Shown here piece after piece: positions 7,194-21,629 of a DNA stretch of 61,650 nucleotides (positions are counted from its first letter, which is position 1; every line of letters begins with the position of its first letter). The notes below the pieces were generated by a model that was not told where the DNA came from, searched no databases, and saw nothing but the letters and a program-made list of their open reading frames with translations. Source of the DNA: Thermoanaerobaculia bacterium. GTDB taxonomy: Bacteria > Acidobacteriota > Thermoanaerobaculia > Gp7-AA8. Where the stretch lies: assembly GCA_035248585.1 (NCBI GenBank), contig DATFHJ010000254.1, forward strand, positions 1-61,650, read 5' to 3'. The position numbers and the translations under genes were made by a program.

Positions 7194-7253
7194 GTGGAGC
7201 GGCGGGCTTTAGCCCGCCGGATTCAATGGGCGGGCTAAAGCCCGCCCCTCCAC
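7194..7253. repeat. Family-1 double-hairpin palindromic element, copy B (between convergent stops)
   Basis: GTGGAGCGGCGGGCTTTAGCCCGCCGGATTCAATGGGCGGGCTAAAGCCCGCCCCTCCAC. Starts 3 nt after the gvpA stop and ends 3 nt before the S9 peptidase stop. Confidence 0.9.
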
Positions 7254-7255
7254 AG

Positions 7256-9306
<2,051 letters not shown>

Positions 9307-9310
<4 letters not shown>

Positions 9311-10080
9311 TTCGTTCCTTTCGAAAGAGCCGTCTCGAGCTCGCGCTTGAGCGATTCCTGCTGCGCCGCGGATGCGGCGAGGGCGTTGCGGATCATCTCG
9401 AAGCGCGGCGACGCCTGCTCGAGCAGCATGGCCGTGAGCCGCGAATCGGCGGCCGCCGATTCGTCGTAGAGGAAGGGCAGCAGCCACTGCGCGGCCGCTT
9501 CATAGTGCAGCGGGATGTCGTCGACCTGCTGTTGCAGACCCTCCAGGCGCTCCCATGCAGCTTGCGCCTTCGCGGAGGAGAGGCTCGTCTTGCATCGCTC
9601 ATTCGCAGCCTCATGCTGATTGATCCATGCGCTGAGCTCGGTCATCACGTCCTTCATTCGCTCGGCGTGCTCGCGCGCGAATGGGACCACGGAAGGAGTC
9701 AGTTTCGCGGGCACACCGTAGAGCTCCGCCGATGCGGTGACGCCTTCGAGGTACGCGCGCTTCAGGCCGTCGATGTCGCCGCCGTCCGCGAGGTATTTGT
9801 TCGCGCGCTGCACGGCCGCGTGCATCGCTGCTTTCGCCGACGCGCTCTGGAGGACTTCGTTCGGTCCGTACAGCATCTTCGCCGAGCTCGCGAAGTCTTT
9901 CGGATACGGCTTCGACGCGTTCGCCTTCAAATCGCGGCCGGAAAGGAGCATGGCCTGGAGCGGACCGTCGACGCGGAAGATCGCGTTTCGGGTGCGGTCC
10001 CGTTGCGCAATCGCGGACTGGCAGGGATCGGCGGACAACGATCCGGCGGCGAGGAGGAGCAGCACCGTGAGTGTTCGCAT
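9307..10080 (-). CDS. Secreted helical hypothetical protein
   Basis: MRTLTVLLLLAAGSLSA signal. ATGA overlap with the downstream S9 peptidase start (same operon). No recognisable domain. Confidence 0.6.
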
Positions 10081-10085
10081 AGGGC

Positions 10086-11735
10086 TTATCGGATATACCC
10101 CAACGATCGAAGGTTCTCGTAATACTCCTCGTTCACCGTTTGTCCTTCGTGCGCGGCATTTCGCCGGCCGTAGCTCGGGATGCGAGGCTCGTTCACCTCG
10201 TCAGCGCCGCGCAACGCGTGGCCCGGCATCTCGCGCGAGAGCGGAAATCCGAGGAGCGTGAGGATCGTCGGCGCGACATCCCACGGGCCGGCCGGCATCT
10301 CGAGGCGCAGGTTCGAAGCGAGCACGGCCTGTCCGAGCTGATGATCGCCCGGCAGGCCGATCACGATGATGGAGAAGCCGCGCCCGCGCAGCTGGCGAAT
10401 CACGTTCGTCAGGTTGTCGAGCACGCGGATCGATTGAGCGAGCTGTTTCGTCTGATCGAGCTGCGCGCGATTCAGGATCACGTCGAGCGCCGGCAGATAC
10501 ACGGTTGCGAATCGCGGGTAGCGGCGGTCGAGCTCGGTCAGGAAGCGCGTCGCCGCCAGCTCGTCGAGGCGCAGGGGATCGCCTTTCGAATAGTTGAAGA
10601 TCTCTTCCTGCGCGATCGACGTCAGCGCGCCGCTACGCTCGTCGGCGGTGGTCCACCAGTTGACCGCCAGGCTCGGGATGCCGCGCTCGGAAGCGATCTC
10701 CCAGACGTAATCGCGCCGCCGCACGGTCGGAGGCAGCGGCTGGCGCCGCGCGATGCCGAGCAGCGGCGCCGCGTTCATCAGCACGACTTCGCTGCGCGAG
10801 ACGCGCTGCAGGATGTGCCGGCCGCCGCGGAAGCGCACGCCTTCGATCGCGCGCACGCCGTGCGCGGACGTCGGAACGCCCGTGCCGAGGGACGCCCAGC
10901 GCTCGGTCGTGGACGCGCCGGCGATCGTCGGGAGCGCGGTCGAGTACAAGAGATTCGCGAGGTCGGGACGCGACTGGAGGATCTCGTTCGTGAGTCCGTC
11001 GACGGCGACGAGCGCGACGCGGGCGCGTGTCGGCGAGACGACGACCATCGGCTCGACCGCCTCGCGCTCGCGCGCCGCGTACGCGGGGATGAACAACAGC
11101 GCGATCAGCATCGCCGCGGCGACGGTCATCGGAATCGTGCGCGGCTTCTGATGAATCGCCGGCACGCGGTGCACTTCGTAAATCGAGAACGACAGCAGCG
11201 CCGCGGAGATGACGATCGTGGCGATGAGGAAGAAGATCGCCGTGAGGACGACGCCGGCGAGCAGCTCGGCGGTCGCGGGTCCGGTATCGAAGCGATACCA
11301 CCAGATCGCAATCGGCAGCACCAGCAGCGCGCTCGCGCCGAGGGAGATGCCGAGGAGCGCGAGCGGCGTTTCGATCGGCAGCGCCGGCCGGAGCTTCAGC
11401 ACCAGCGCGATCAGGATTACCAGCACGAACGAAAACACCAGCCACGCCGCGGCGTAGGTGAGAAACAGCGCCAGCGTCTCGAAGGCGGTGAGGGGAGAGT
11501 TGCGGAAGAGCATCACCGCGGTCATCGGCAGCGCCGCGAATGCAGCGATGAGCGTTCCCGCCTTCAGCGCGACCAGCACCAGCTCGAGCCAGAACGCGCG
11601 CGAGGACCAGGGATCGAGAGCGAACCAGCGCTCGATTCCGTGAGTCAGGTAACCGCGGGTGCGGAGCTGGGAACGGAGGTCGTCAACTTCGGACACTGCC
11701 CGCGACTGTAATCGAAATTCTTTCCTCCTTTCCAC
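10086..11735 (-). CDS. Polytopic membrane protein with C-terminal alkaline-phosphatase-superfamily-like domain
   Basis: GTG start. Several hydrophobic segments, then VALVAVDGLTNEIL...TTERWASLGTGVPTSAHG...VIGLPGDH, reminiscent of phosphodiesterase/AlkP-like folds. Assignment is tentative. Confidence 0.5.
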   Translation of the reverse strand: MERRKEFRLQSRAVSEVDDLRSQLRTRGYLTHGIERWFALDPWSSRAFWLELVLVALKAGTLIAAFAALPMTAVMLFRNSPLTAFETLALFLTYAAAWLVFSFVLVILIALVLKLRPALPIETPLALLGISLGASALLVLPIAIWWYRFDTGPATAELLAGVVLTAIFFLIATIVISAALLSFSIYEVHRVPAIHQKPRTIPMTVAAAMLIALLFIPAYAAREREAVEPMVVVSPTRARVALVAVDGLTNEILQSRPDLANLLYSTALPTIAGASTTERWASLGTGVPTSAHGVRAIEGVRFRGGRHILQRVSRSEVVLMNAAPLLGIARRQPLPPTVRRRDYVWEIASERGIPSLAVNWWTTADERSGALTSIAQEEIFNYSKGDPLRLDELAATRFLTELDRRYPRFATVYLPALDVILNRAQLDQTKQLAQSIRVLDNLTNVIRQLRGRGFSIIVIGLPGDHQLGQAVLASNLRLEMPAGPWDVAPTILTLLGFPLSREMPGHALRGADEVNEPRIPSYGRRNAAHEGQTVNEEYYENLRSLGYIR

Positions 11736-11740
11736 GTTGT

Positions 11741-12580
11741 ATGCGCCGGGTCCAAATGGTCGAGCCGAAGCCTCGCCGCACGTTCACCAAAGTGTTTTCA
11801 GGCCTCATCCTGCTCCTCGGCGTGATCGCGCTGAAGGCGAAGGCCGTTCTCATTCTCTTCATCGAGAAAATCCGGCTCCTTTTCGTCAATCCGTTCGAAG
11901 GCTTCGGCACGGTTCAATACGCGGTCGCCGGCGGCTCGTTTCTCGTCACCATCGCCGCGTACGCGACGCAGGCGCCGCTCGCGGTCGTCGTCGGCTTCGT
12001 CGTCATCACGCTGATCCACGAGATCGGCCACGCCATCGCCATCCGCATGAAGGGGCTGCGCGCCGGGTTCATGGTCTTCATCCCGTTCATCGGCGGCGCG
12101 GTCACGCTGAAAGACCAGCCGCACACCGTCTACGACGACGCGTTGATCGGCCTGGCCGGTCCTGCCGCGGGGACGATTGCATCGCTCATTTGTTTGCAGG
12201 TTTACAAGTGGACGCTGCTGCCGCATTGGCTCCTCATTGCCATGCTCGGCTTCATCCTCAACCTGATCAATCTGCTGCCGATCGGGATGCTGGACGGCGG
12301 GCGCATCTCCGCGGCGATCACGAAGTGGATGTGGCTCATCGGCGGCGCGGCCGTCATCTATAAAGTGTTCGATCAGCCGAACTTACTGACGATCCTGATC
12401 GGCATCCTGGCCGCGTTCCAGGTCTACGCCTCGATCATCCGTGAAAAAACGGACAAACGTTTCTACGAGATCACGTTCGGCCAGCGGGCGGGCATTGCCG
12501 CGCTCTACTTTGCGTTAGTGCTGTTTCTCGGGCATCAAACCTGGATGGCGTATGGCCGTCTGAAGCTGCTGCCGCATTGA
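11741..12580 (+). CDS. M50 (site-2 protease) family zinc metalloprotease
   Basis: HEIGHAIA zinc motif in a TM helix, LINLLPIGMLDGGRI second motif, multiple TM segments. Confidence 0.8.
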   Translation: MRRVQMVEPKPRRTFTKVFSGLILLLGVIALKAKAVLILFIEKIRLLFVNPFEGFGTVQYAVAGGSFLVTIAAYATQAPLAVVVGFVVITLIHEIGHAIAIRMKGLRAGFMVFIPFIGGAVTLKDQPHTVYDDALIGLAGPAAGTIASLICLQVYKWTLLPHWLLIAMLGFILNLINLLPIGMLDGGRISAAITKWMWLIGGAAVIYKVFDQPNLLTILIGILAAFQVYASIIREKTDKRFYEITFGQRAGIAALYFALVLFLGHQTWMAYGRLKLLPH

Positions 12581-12581
12581 T

Positions 12582-12639
12582 ATGGAGCGGCGGGCTTCAG
12601 CCCGCCGAATTGCCGGCGGGCTGAAGCCCGCCGCTCCAC
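12582..12639. repeat. Family-1 double-hairpin palindromic element, copy C
   Basis: ATGGAGCGGCGGGCTTCAGCCCGCCGAATTGCCGGCGGGCTGAAGCCCGCCGCTCCAC. Begins 2 nt after the M50 protease stop. Confidence 0.9.
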
Positions 12640-12806
12640 AGTCCGTGATAGGCTGAATTACGCCGCAAATGAGTCTCTTTTCGCTCCTCGCGCTGACGTT
12701 CGGAATGGTGGCCGCCGCGGCGGAACGCATTCCCCGTCCCGCGTTTGCGCTGATCGCGGTCAGCGGCAAGCGCGCGTCCGTGCGCCGGATCGAGAAACGA
12801 CAGGTG

Positions 12807-12861
12807 GTGGAGGAGAGGCGATCGCGCCTGTCCCGGACAGGCAGGATTGCCCGTCCTCCAC
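12807..12861. repeat. Family-2 double-hairpin palindromic element, degenerate copy (no spacer)
   Basis: GTGGAGGAGAGGCGATCGCGCCTGTCCCGGACAGGCAGGATTGCCCGTCCTCCAC. One mismatch in each arm stem. Lies in the secA upstream region. Confidence 0.7.
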
Positions 12862-12974
12862 TCGTACGCAGGCTCATCACTCCCCTTCGCGGCACCGCCG
12901 CCGCGCGCGCGCCTGGCTTCGGCTGCTGACGCCTCCCGTCCGCCGCGCAGCATTCTTTTGGAAGCGAGATCCTC

Positions 12975-15713
<2,739 letters not shown>

Positions 15714-15804
15714 GGCGGCGAGACGCCGCCCGTCCAGCCGGCGAGGACGCCGGCGTTCCAGTGCTTCGGAACGCCGCCGTCCCGGCGGCGTCCCGCCGCC
15801 GCGT

Positions 15805-16767
15805 TCACCTCTTGATCCGCTCCCCGCGCACCGGCTCGCCGCGCTTCAACGCCGCGCCGTTCGCCGTGTAATTCGTGAACTGCGCGGGCAGGCCGTCGCC
15901 TTCGCCGTATTTTGGAGCGTTTTGCAGGTGATAGTGCAGGTGCGGCTCGCTCGAGTTGCCGCTGTTCCCGCAACGGCCGACGAGCTGGCCCTGCTTCACG
16001 TCCGCGCCCACCTTCGGCACGACCGTGCCTTTGCGAAAGTGCGCCAGGAGGGAGTACTCGCCGTTGCCGTGATCGATGACGAGGTGGTTGCCGGCGGGAG
16101 CGGACGGATTCATCACGCCCGGCTTGTTGTCCTCGACGCCGTCGACGGACTCCGTAACCGTGCCGGCCGCCGGCGCGTAGATCGGCTGGTCCCAGCAGAA
16201 GTAGCTCGCGTTCTCGTCGCGCTTGCCGGAATGGCTGAAGCCCTTGCGGCGAATGACGAGGTCGTAGGCGAAGCGCTGATCGCGGGCGACGGCGTGATAG
16301 TTCTGCTCCAGCGTGCGGCCGCCCCAGAAGACGTACCACTCGCCGTCGAACGGCAGTTGCAGCTGCGATTTCGTTTGATAGTCCGCGAATCGCGTCGGCG
16401 CCGCCTGCACCTCGGGGGGCTTGAACCAGAGCCCGACGACTTTCCCGTCCGCGTTCCAGGAAACGACGAAGTTGATCGGCGACTTCTCGAACTTCGTCGC
16501 CAGCGTGACGACGGTGAGCCCGTTCTCCACCTTCTCGACCGTTGCGTCGCCCGCCGACACGAAGGCGCCGATCTGCGGGGAGATCTGAGTTTCATACAGC
16601 GCTTTGAATTTGTCGGCGGATAGCAGCTCGGCGATCGACGCATCGAAGTTTTTCGTCGCCGCGGCGAAGTCGCGCGCGACGACGTGCTGCAGGATGGAGC
16701 GGGTCTCGATTTCGAAAACCCGCGTTTCCGTGGCGCCGAGGAGCAGAACGAAGATCAGAGCGAGCAT
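15805..16767 (-). CDS. M23 family metallopeptidase (secreted)
   Basis: Start at MLALIFVLLLGA. C-terminal HLVIDHGNGEYSLLAHF...GNSGNSSEPHLHYHLQ is the M23 signature. Confidence 0.8.
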   Translation of the reverse strand: MLALIFVLLLGATETRVFEIETRSILQHVVARDFAAATKNFDASIAELLSADKFKALYETQISPQIGAFVSAGDATVEKVENGLTVVTLATKFEKSPINFVVSWNADGKVVGLWFKPPEVQAAPTRFADYQTKSQLQLPFDGEWYVFWGGRTLEQNYHAVARDQRFAYDLVIRRKGFSHSGKRDENASYFCWDQPIYAPAAGTVTESVDGVEDNKPGVMNPSAPAGNHLVIDHGNGEYSLLAHFRKGTVVPKVGADVKQGQLVGRCGNSGNSSEPHLHYHLQNAPKYGEGDGLPAQFTNYTANGAALKRGEPVRGERIKR

Positions 16768-16795
16768 GGTGGGGGATCGTACAATGCGGGGCCGG

Positions 16796-17623
16796 ATGTC
16801 CACCTCGAAAACCATCGGCTTCGTCGGCGCGGGCAACATGGCCGAGGCCATGATCCGCGGGCTGTTGCGCGGGAACGACTTCGCGCCGGACGAGGTGCGG
16901 GCCAGCGGGCCGCGCGAGGAGCGGATGCGCGAGTTGCGCGACGCGTACGGGATTCAGGCGGCGACGGACAACAAACTTCCGGCAGCTGCACAGATCGTCG
17001 TGCTGTCGGTCAAGCCGCAGATCCTGAGCCGCGTGCTCGATGAGATCGCGGACACGGTCTCGCCCGACGCGCTCGTGATCTCGATCGCCGCGGGCGTGCC
17101 GGTCGCGGCGATTCAGGCGCGGCTGGCGGGCGGGACGCGCGTCGTGCGGGCGATGCCGAACACGCCCGCGCTCGTGGATGCCGCAGCCACAGCGATCGCC
17201 GGCGGCGAGCACGCGCGGGAGTCCGATCTCGAAGACGCGAAGCGGATCTTCGACGCCATCGGACTGACGGTCATTCTCGAAGAATCGCAGCTCGACGCCG
17301 TCACGGGACTCTCGGGATCAGGACCGGCATACGTCTTCCTGATCCTCGAAGCGCTGAGCGATGCCGGCGTGAAAGTCGGGCTCTCGCGCCGCACGGCGCA
17401 ACTGCTCGCCGCGCAAACCGTGCTCGGATCTGCGAAACTTTTACTCGAAACCAACGAACATCCAGGTCGGTTGAAGGATATGGTCACGTCGCCGGGAGGA
17501 ACCGCGATCACGGGGCTGCACACGCTCGAGCATGGCGGCGTACGCACGACGCTCATGAATGCCGTCGAAGCGGCGACGCGGCGATCGCGCGAGCTCGGCG
17601 AAGCATTGATGAAAAAGGAGTAG
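16796..17623 (+). CDS. proC: Pyrroline-5-carboxylate reductase
   Basis: MSTSKTIGFVGAGNMAEAMIRGLL...VRAMPNTPALV...GSGPAYVFLILEAL...SPGGTAI. Confidence 0.9.
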   Translation: MSTSKTIGFVGAGNMAEAMIRGLLRGNDFAPDEVRASGPREERMRELRDAYGIQAATDNKLPAAAQIVVLSVKPQILSRVLDEIADTVSPDALVISIAAGVPVAAIQARLAGGTRVVRAMPNTPALVDAAATAIAGGEHARESDLEDAKRIFDAIGLTVILEESQLDAVTGLSGSGPAYVFLILEALSDAGVKVGLSRRTAQLLAAQTVLGSAKLLLETNEHPGRLKDMVTSPGGTAITGLHTLEHGGVRTTLMNAVEAATRRSRELGEALMKKE

Positions 17624-18211
17624 ATGGTGCTGGAGGAGGTCGAGTCGGAACTGAGCGAAGCGACGTCGCGCGCATGGCAGCTCGTGCGCACGACGGACGG
17701 CCGCCTGTTCACCGTCCGCCCGACGCCGCGTGAATGGTCAGCGGCGGAGTGTCTCGCGCATCTCAGCCTCTCGTCCGAACAGTTCCTGCCGGTGCTGCAG
17801 AAAGCGATCGAAGACGCGCACGCGAAAGGATGGACGTCGACGAAGAAGCCGGCCATGGACGTTGTCGGCCGCGCGCTGCGCTGGTTCCTCGAGCCGCCGA
17901 TCCGCAAGCGCGTCAAAACCGCGGGCCGGTTCGTGCCGCGCTCCGCGCGCGCGAAGGCCGAGGCCTTCGGCGAGTTCGCGGCGCTGCAGTCGAAGCTCGT
18001 CGATGCGCTGCATGCGGCCGAGGGACTCGACGTGCGGAAGATCAAAGTCACGTCGCCGTTCGACCGCCGCGTGAAGTACAACCTCTACTCCGCGTTCCGC
18101 ATCCTCGTCGCGCACCAGCGCCGCCACTTGTGGCAGGCGGAGAAGGCGGTCGAGGACGTCAAGCGCGGCGCGGAGCGCCTCAAGCCGGCGCGCTCAGTCC
18201 CCGCTGACTAG
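17624..18211 (+). CDS. DinB-family protein
   Basis: EWSAAECLAHLSLS...VAHQRRHLWQAEKA; His-containing four-helix DinB-like pattern. Confidence 0.65.
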   Translation: MVLEEVESELSEATSRAWQLVRTTDGRLFTVRPTPREWSAAECLAHLSLSSEQFLPVLQKAIEDAHAKGWTSTKKPAMDVVGRALRWFLEPPIRKRVKTAGRFVPRSARAKAEAFGEFAALQSKLVDALHAAEGLDVRKIKVTSPFDRRVKYNLYSAFRILVAHQRRHLWQAEKAVEDVKRGAERLKPARSVPAD

Positions 18212-18880
18212 CGCCTGCAGCTTCCACGCGCCGTTTTCTTTCCCGAACCCCGCGCGATAGCCGACCGGGCTGCGCACGTCCGCGCGCCGCACGAATCCTT
18301 CCTTCCCGCCGGCCGTGCGCACGTGCAGCCACGGCTCATCCGGTCCCTGCGGCGGCGTGGCGATTTTCAGGATCTCCCAGTCGACGCGCGCGACGACCTC
18401 CGAGCTCTCCTCGGGCTTCGCGTGGAGACTGACGCCCGCCTTCGTCGCGGCGACGTGCTCGAACGAATCGAACGCTTCCGGCCAGTTCGCGTAAACGTAC
18501 GGCGCCCAGAACATCCCCTCGCGGAACGAACCGCCGAGCCGCAACGCCTCGTCGAGCTCCGTCCGCAGTTTCAACACCTCATCAATGCCGCCGTCGCCTC
18601 CGAAGCTCGTGCGCGCGTTCGCACTGATCAACGCCCGCAACTGCGCGTCATCCTTCGCCTCGAGCAACTGCTGCCGGTAGCTCGCGAACGAAGGATCCGC
18701 ATTCGCGTCGTCGACAGGACAAAGCCGCTGCGGCGCCGGCACACACTTCGGCGCCTCCGCCGTCGTATCCGTCCTAACCGTCGTATTCGTCGTATCAGTC
18801 GTATTCGTCGCATCAGTCGCAGCCGGCTGCTCCCGCTGACACGCCACCGCCAACACCACCACCGCGAGGAGCTTCTTCAT
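18194..18880 (-). CDS. Lipoprotein, hypothetical
   Basis: MKKLLAVVVLAVAC lipobox, then a Thr/Asp/Asn-rich linker (TDATNTTDTTNTTVRTDTT). ATGA overlap with the dedA stop. Confidence 0.6.
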   Translation of the reverse strand: MKKLLAVVVLAVACQREQPAATDATNTTDTTNTTVRTDTTAEAPKCVPAPQRLCPVDDANADPSFASYRQQLLEAKDDAQLRALISANARTSFGGDGGIDEVLKLRTELDEALRLGGSFREGMFWAPYVYANWPEAFDSFEHVAATKAGVSLHAKPEESSEVVARVDWEILKIATPPQGPDEPWLHVRTAGGKEGFVRRADVRSPVGYRAGFGKENGAWKLQALVSGD

Positions 18881-19497
18881 CCCTTTTTCCGCGCCCGCAG
18901 ATACTCGATCACCGCCGGGATGAGCGAGACCAGGATCACCACCACGATGATGATGTGGATGTGCTTCTCCGCGTTCGGGATGATCTTCAGCAGCACGTAG
19001 CCGGTCATCGTCATCGAGAACACCCAGCCCACGCCGCCGATGATGTTGAAGAGCGCGAAATGGCGGTAGGTCATGTTCGCCATGCCGGCGACGATCGGCG
19101 CGAAGGTGCGGATGATCGGGACGAAGCGGGCGATGATGATGGTCTTGCCGCCGTGCCGCTCGTAGAACTCGTGCGCGGCGATGAGGTGCTTCTTCTTGAA
19201 GAGCATCGAGTCTTCCTTGCGGAAGAGCGCCGGCCCGAGCTTCTTGCCGGTGTAGTAGCCGACGGCGTCGCCGGTGATGGCGCAGACCATCAGCAGCGCG
19301 TTCAGGAATACGATGTTGAGATCGCCCTTCGCCGCGAAGAGGCCGGCCGTGACGAGGAGCGAGTCGCCGGGGAGGAAGAAGCCGATCATCAGACCGGTCT
19401 CGGCGAAGACGATGATCGCGAGCGCGACGTAGCCGCCGGTCTGCACCAAACCGCGGACGTCCGTGATGAAATGAAAGAAGTCGCGAATCGATTCCAT
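18877..19497 (-). CDS. dedA: DedA family membrane protein
   Basis: Start MESIRDFF. FAETGLMIGFFLPGDSLLVTAG...GGKTIIIARFVPIIRTFAP is a typical DedA/SNARE-associated core. Confidence 0.85.
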   Translation of the reverse strand: MESIRDFFHFITDVRGLVQTGGYVALAIIVFAETGLMIGFFLPGDSLLVTAGLFAAKGDLNIVFLNALLMVCAITGDAVGYYTGKKLGPALFRKEDSMLFKKKHLIAAHEFYERHGGKTIIIARFVPIIRTFAPIVAGMANMTYRHFALFNIIGGVGWVFSMTMTGYVLLKIIPNAEKHIHIIIVVVILVSLIPAVIEYLRARKKG

Positions 19498-19516
19498 GAG
19501 GGACGCGCATCCTAGC

Positions 19517-21055
19517 ATGCCCATTTCAGGCCATTTCGATGTCGTCATCCTCGGCGGCGCCTTCAGCGGCGCGTCCGCGGCGATCCTTCTGCGCCGCGAT
19601 CATCCTCAGTTGCGCGTGCTGATCGTCGAGAAGGCCGTGGCCTTCGATGAGAAGGTCGGCGAGGCCACGACCGAGATGTCGGCGATGTTCCTCACGCGCC
19701 GCCTGGCGATGTGGCATCACCTCGAGCGCGAGCAGCTTCCGAAAGAAGGGCTGCGCTACTGGTTCTCGAACGAGCGTGTGACCGGCCATGCGAACGCGAG
19801 CGAGAGCGGCGGCTTCATCCGCAGCGCGGTGCCGGCGTTCCAGCTGCGCCGCGACGCGCTCGACGAACATCTGCTCGCCACGGCCGTCCAGGAAGGCGCC
19901 GAGCTGTGGCGTCCCGCGAAAGCGCGCGACGTCGTCCTCGGCGAGTTCGATCACAAGCTGACGGTCGAGATCGGCGACGAAGTGCGCGAAGTCGCCTGCT
20001 CCTGGATTCTCGACGCCACCGGCCGCGTGAACTTCCTCGGCCGGCGCCTGAATCTCATCGAGCGCAACGACGAGCATCCGACCGCCGCCATCTGGTGCCG
20101 CTGGAAAAACGTCCGCCACATCGACGATCTCGCCGCGCGCAGCGGCCTTGCGCGAAGCAACGTCGGGTCGCGCCGCCTGGCCACGAATCACTACATGGGC
20201 CTCGGCTACTGGATCTGGGTGATTCCGCTCGGCAACGGCGAGACGAGCATCGGCGTGGTGTTCGACAAGCGGCTCGTGGAGCTGCATCACAGCAAGAACC
20301 GCGCGGACGATTTCATCGCCTTTCTGAACGCGATTCCCTCGCTCGCGGAGCTCCTCGTCGACGCCGAGCCGCGCCTCGACGATCTCCGTTTCTACTCGCA
20401 CCTGCCGTACGCGTCGAAGCAGTACATGGGCCGCGGCTGGGCGCTCCTCGGCGATGCGGCCGCGTTTCTCGATCCGTACTACTCGCCCGGGCTCGATCAC
20501 GCCTCGTTCACCGCCGAGGCCACGGCCGAGATCATCGGCAAGCAGGCGATGGGCGAGGACGTGACCGCGCGCATCACCGAGCACAACGAAACGTTCGTGC
20601 GCTCGTACTGGCGCTTCTTCCGCGCGGCGTACAAGGACAAGTACTACTACATGGGCGAGTCGGACCTCTTGACCGCCTCGTTCCTCATCGACACCGCGCA
20701 GTACTACCTCTTCGTGGTGATCCCCGCGTACAAGTTCCTCAAGCGCTTCGACTGGATGCCGGTCCTCGGTCCGAAGCCGGCGTTCCTCAGCTATCACCTG
20801 ATGCAGCTCTACAACCGCCGCTTCAAGGCTCTCGCCGAAGCGCGCCGCGCCGCCGGCGAAGCCGGCCGGCGCAACGACGCGCGGCGCATCAAGGCCTACT
20901 ACAACCTCGGCTTCGCGCCGCTCCGCATGGCCGCGCGCGGCATGAAGCTGTGGATGTTCGCGGAGCTCGATTCCGTGCGGCTGCTGTGGAAGCGCCTGTG
21001 GCGGAAAACGCCGCGCGAAGAAGTCAGCGCGGCTCCAACACGATCTCCGTTGTAG
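19517..21055 (+). CDS. FAD-dependent oxidoreductase, flavin-halogenase-like (paralog 1)
   Basis: FDVVILGGAFSGASAA (dinucleotide fold), WIWVIPLGNGETSIGVV and GDAAAFLDPYYSPGLD are motifs typical of tryptophan-halogenase-like flavoenzymes. Confidence 0.75.
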   Translation: MPISGHFDVVILGGAFSGASAAILLRRDHPQLRVLIVEKAVAFDEKVGEATTEMSAMFLTRRLAMWHHLEREQLPKEGLRYWFSNERVTGHANASESGGFIRSAVPAFQLRRDALDEHLLATAVQEGAELWRPAKARDVVLGEFDHKLTVEIGDEVREVACSWILDATGRVNFLGRRLNLIERNDEHPTAAIWCRWKNVRHIDDLAARSGLARSNVGSRRLATNHYMGLGYWIWVIPLGNGETSIGVVFDKRLVELHHSKNRADDFIAFLNAIPSLAELLVDAEPRLDDLRFYSHLPYASKQYMGRGWALLGDAAAFLDPYYSPGLDHASFTAEATAEIIGKQAMGEDVTARITEHNETFVRSYWRFFRAAYKDKYYYMGESDLLTASFLIDTAQYYLFVVIPAYKFLKRFDWMPVLGPKPAFLSYHLMQLYNRRFKALAEARRAAGEAGRRNDARRIKAYYNLGFAPLRMAARGMKLWMFAELDSVRLLWKRLWRKTPREEVSAAPTRSPL

Positions 21056-21629
21056 TCGAATACCTCGGAATGCTGGCGACGAATTCGCGCCGCTGATAGC
21101 TCGGGTGCTCGAGGATCATGTTCGCCCGATCGGTCGCCGGAGGACATCCGAGCTCGAAGCGGAACGATCCATCGGCGGCCGTCACGACGTGCTGGCCGGC
21201 GAAGTCGATCGTGGCGCCGCTGATGCCGAGGCGCACGTTGCTGCCGTCGATCACGCGCCCGGTCATCGTGACGCAGCCGATCAGCGAGATCCGAAAATCC
21301 GCCGCCTGCGTGAAGCCGATGGAAATCTGCTGCACGTGCGAGGGCGAAGTCGCGCCGGGCGCGAACACCTGCAGGATGTACATGCCGCTGACCGTCGTCA
21401 GCGCGTAGTTTCCGGACGCGTCGGTCAGGCCTTCGACGAAGTACGCCTCGCCTTTGACGACGACCATGCGCGCGGCCACGCGCGCGCCGGCGATCGGCGC
21501 GCCGGTCTCGGCGTTGATGACCGTGCCGCGGAGCGTTGCGCTCAGCTCGATTCGCGGCTCGGTCGGGGAGCCCTGTTTGCACGCGGTGAAAACGAGAAGG
21601 AGAGCGAGGGAAGCGAGGAGTCTTCTCAC
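21024..21629 (-). CDS. Lipoprotein with carboxypeptidase-regulatory-like beta-sandwich repeats (paralog B)
   Basis: GTG start overlapping the upstream TGA (GTGA). RRLLASLALLLVFTAC lipobox. LRGTVINAETGAPIAGARV...TGRVIDGSNVRLGISGATIDF. Confidence 0.6.
   Translation of the reverse strand: MRRLLASLALLLVFTACKQGSPTEPRIELSATLRGTVINAETGAPIAGARVAARMVVVKGEAYFVEGLTDASGNYALTTVSGMYILQVFAPGATSPSHVQQISIGFTQAADFRISLIGCVTMTGRVIDGSNVRLGISGATIDFAGQHVVTAADGSFRFELGCPPATDRANMILEHPSYQRREFVASIPRYSTTTEIVLEPR

Noticed and set aside
12669-12929. 86-codon ORF with a hydrophobic N-terminus upstream of secA (possible small membrane or leader peptide).
   Set aside because: There is no recognisable motif. The second half is Arg-rich and reads through a degenerate repeat copy. 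GC3 bias is only moderate. Not enough to call a gene.
18755-18835. Thr/Asp/Asn codon repeats (TDATNTTDTTNTT), also seen at 54395-54430 (TDTTDTTATTDT), as possible tandem DNA repeats or a shared mobile cassette.
   Set aside because: They are short, imperfect and in frame within linker or tail regions of two unrelated envelope proteins. They are consistent with low-complexity coding sequence, not a repeat element.
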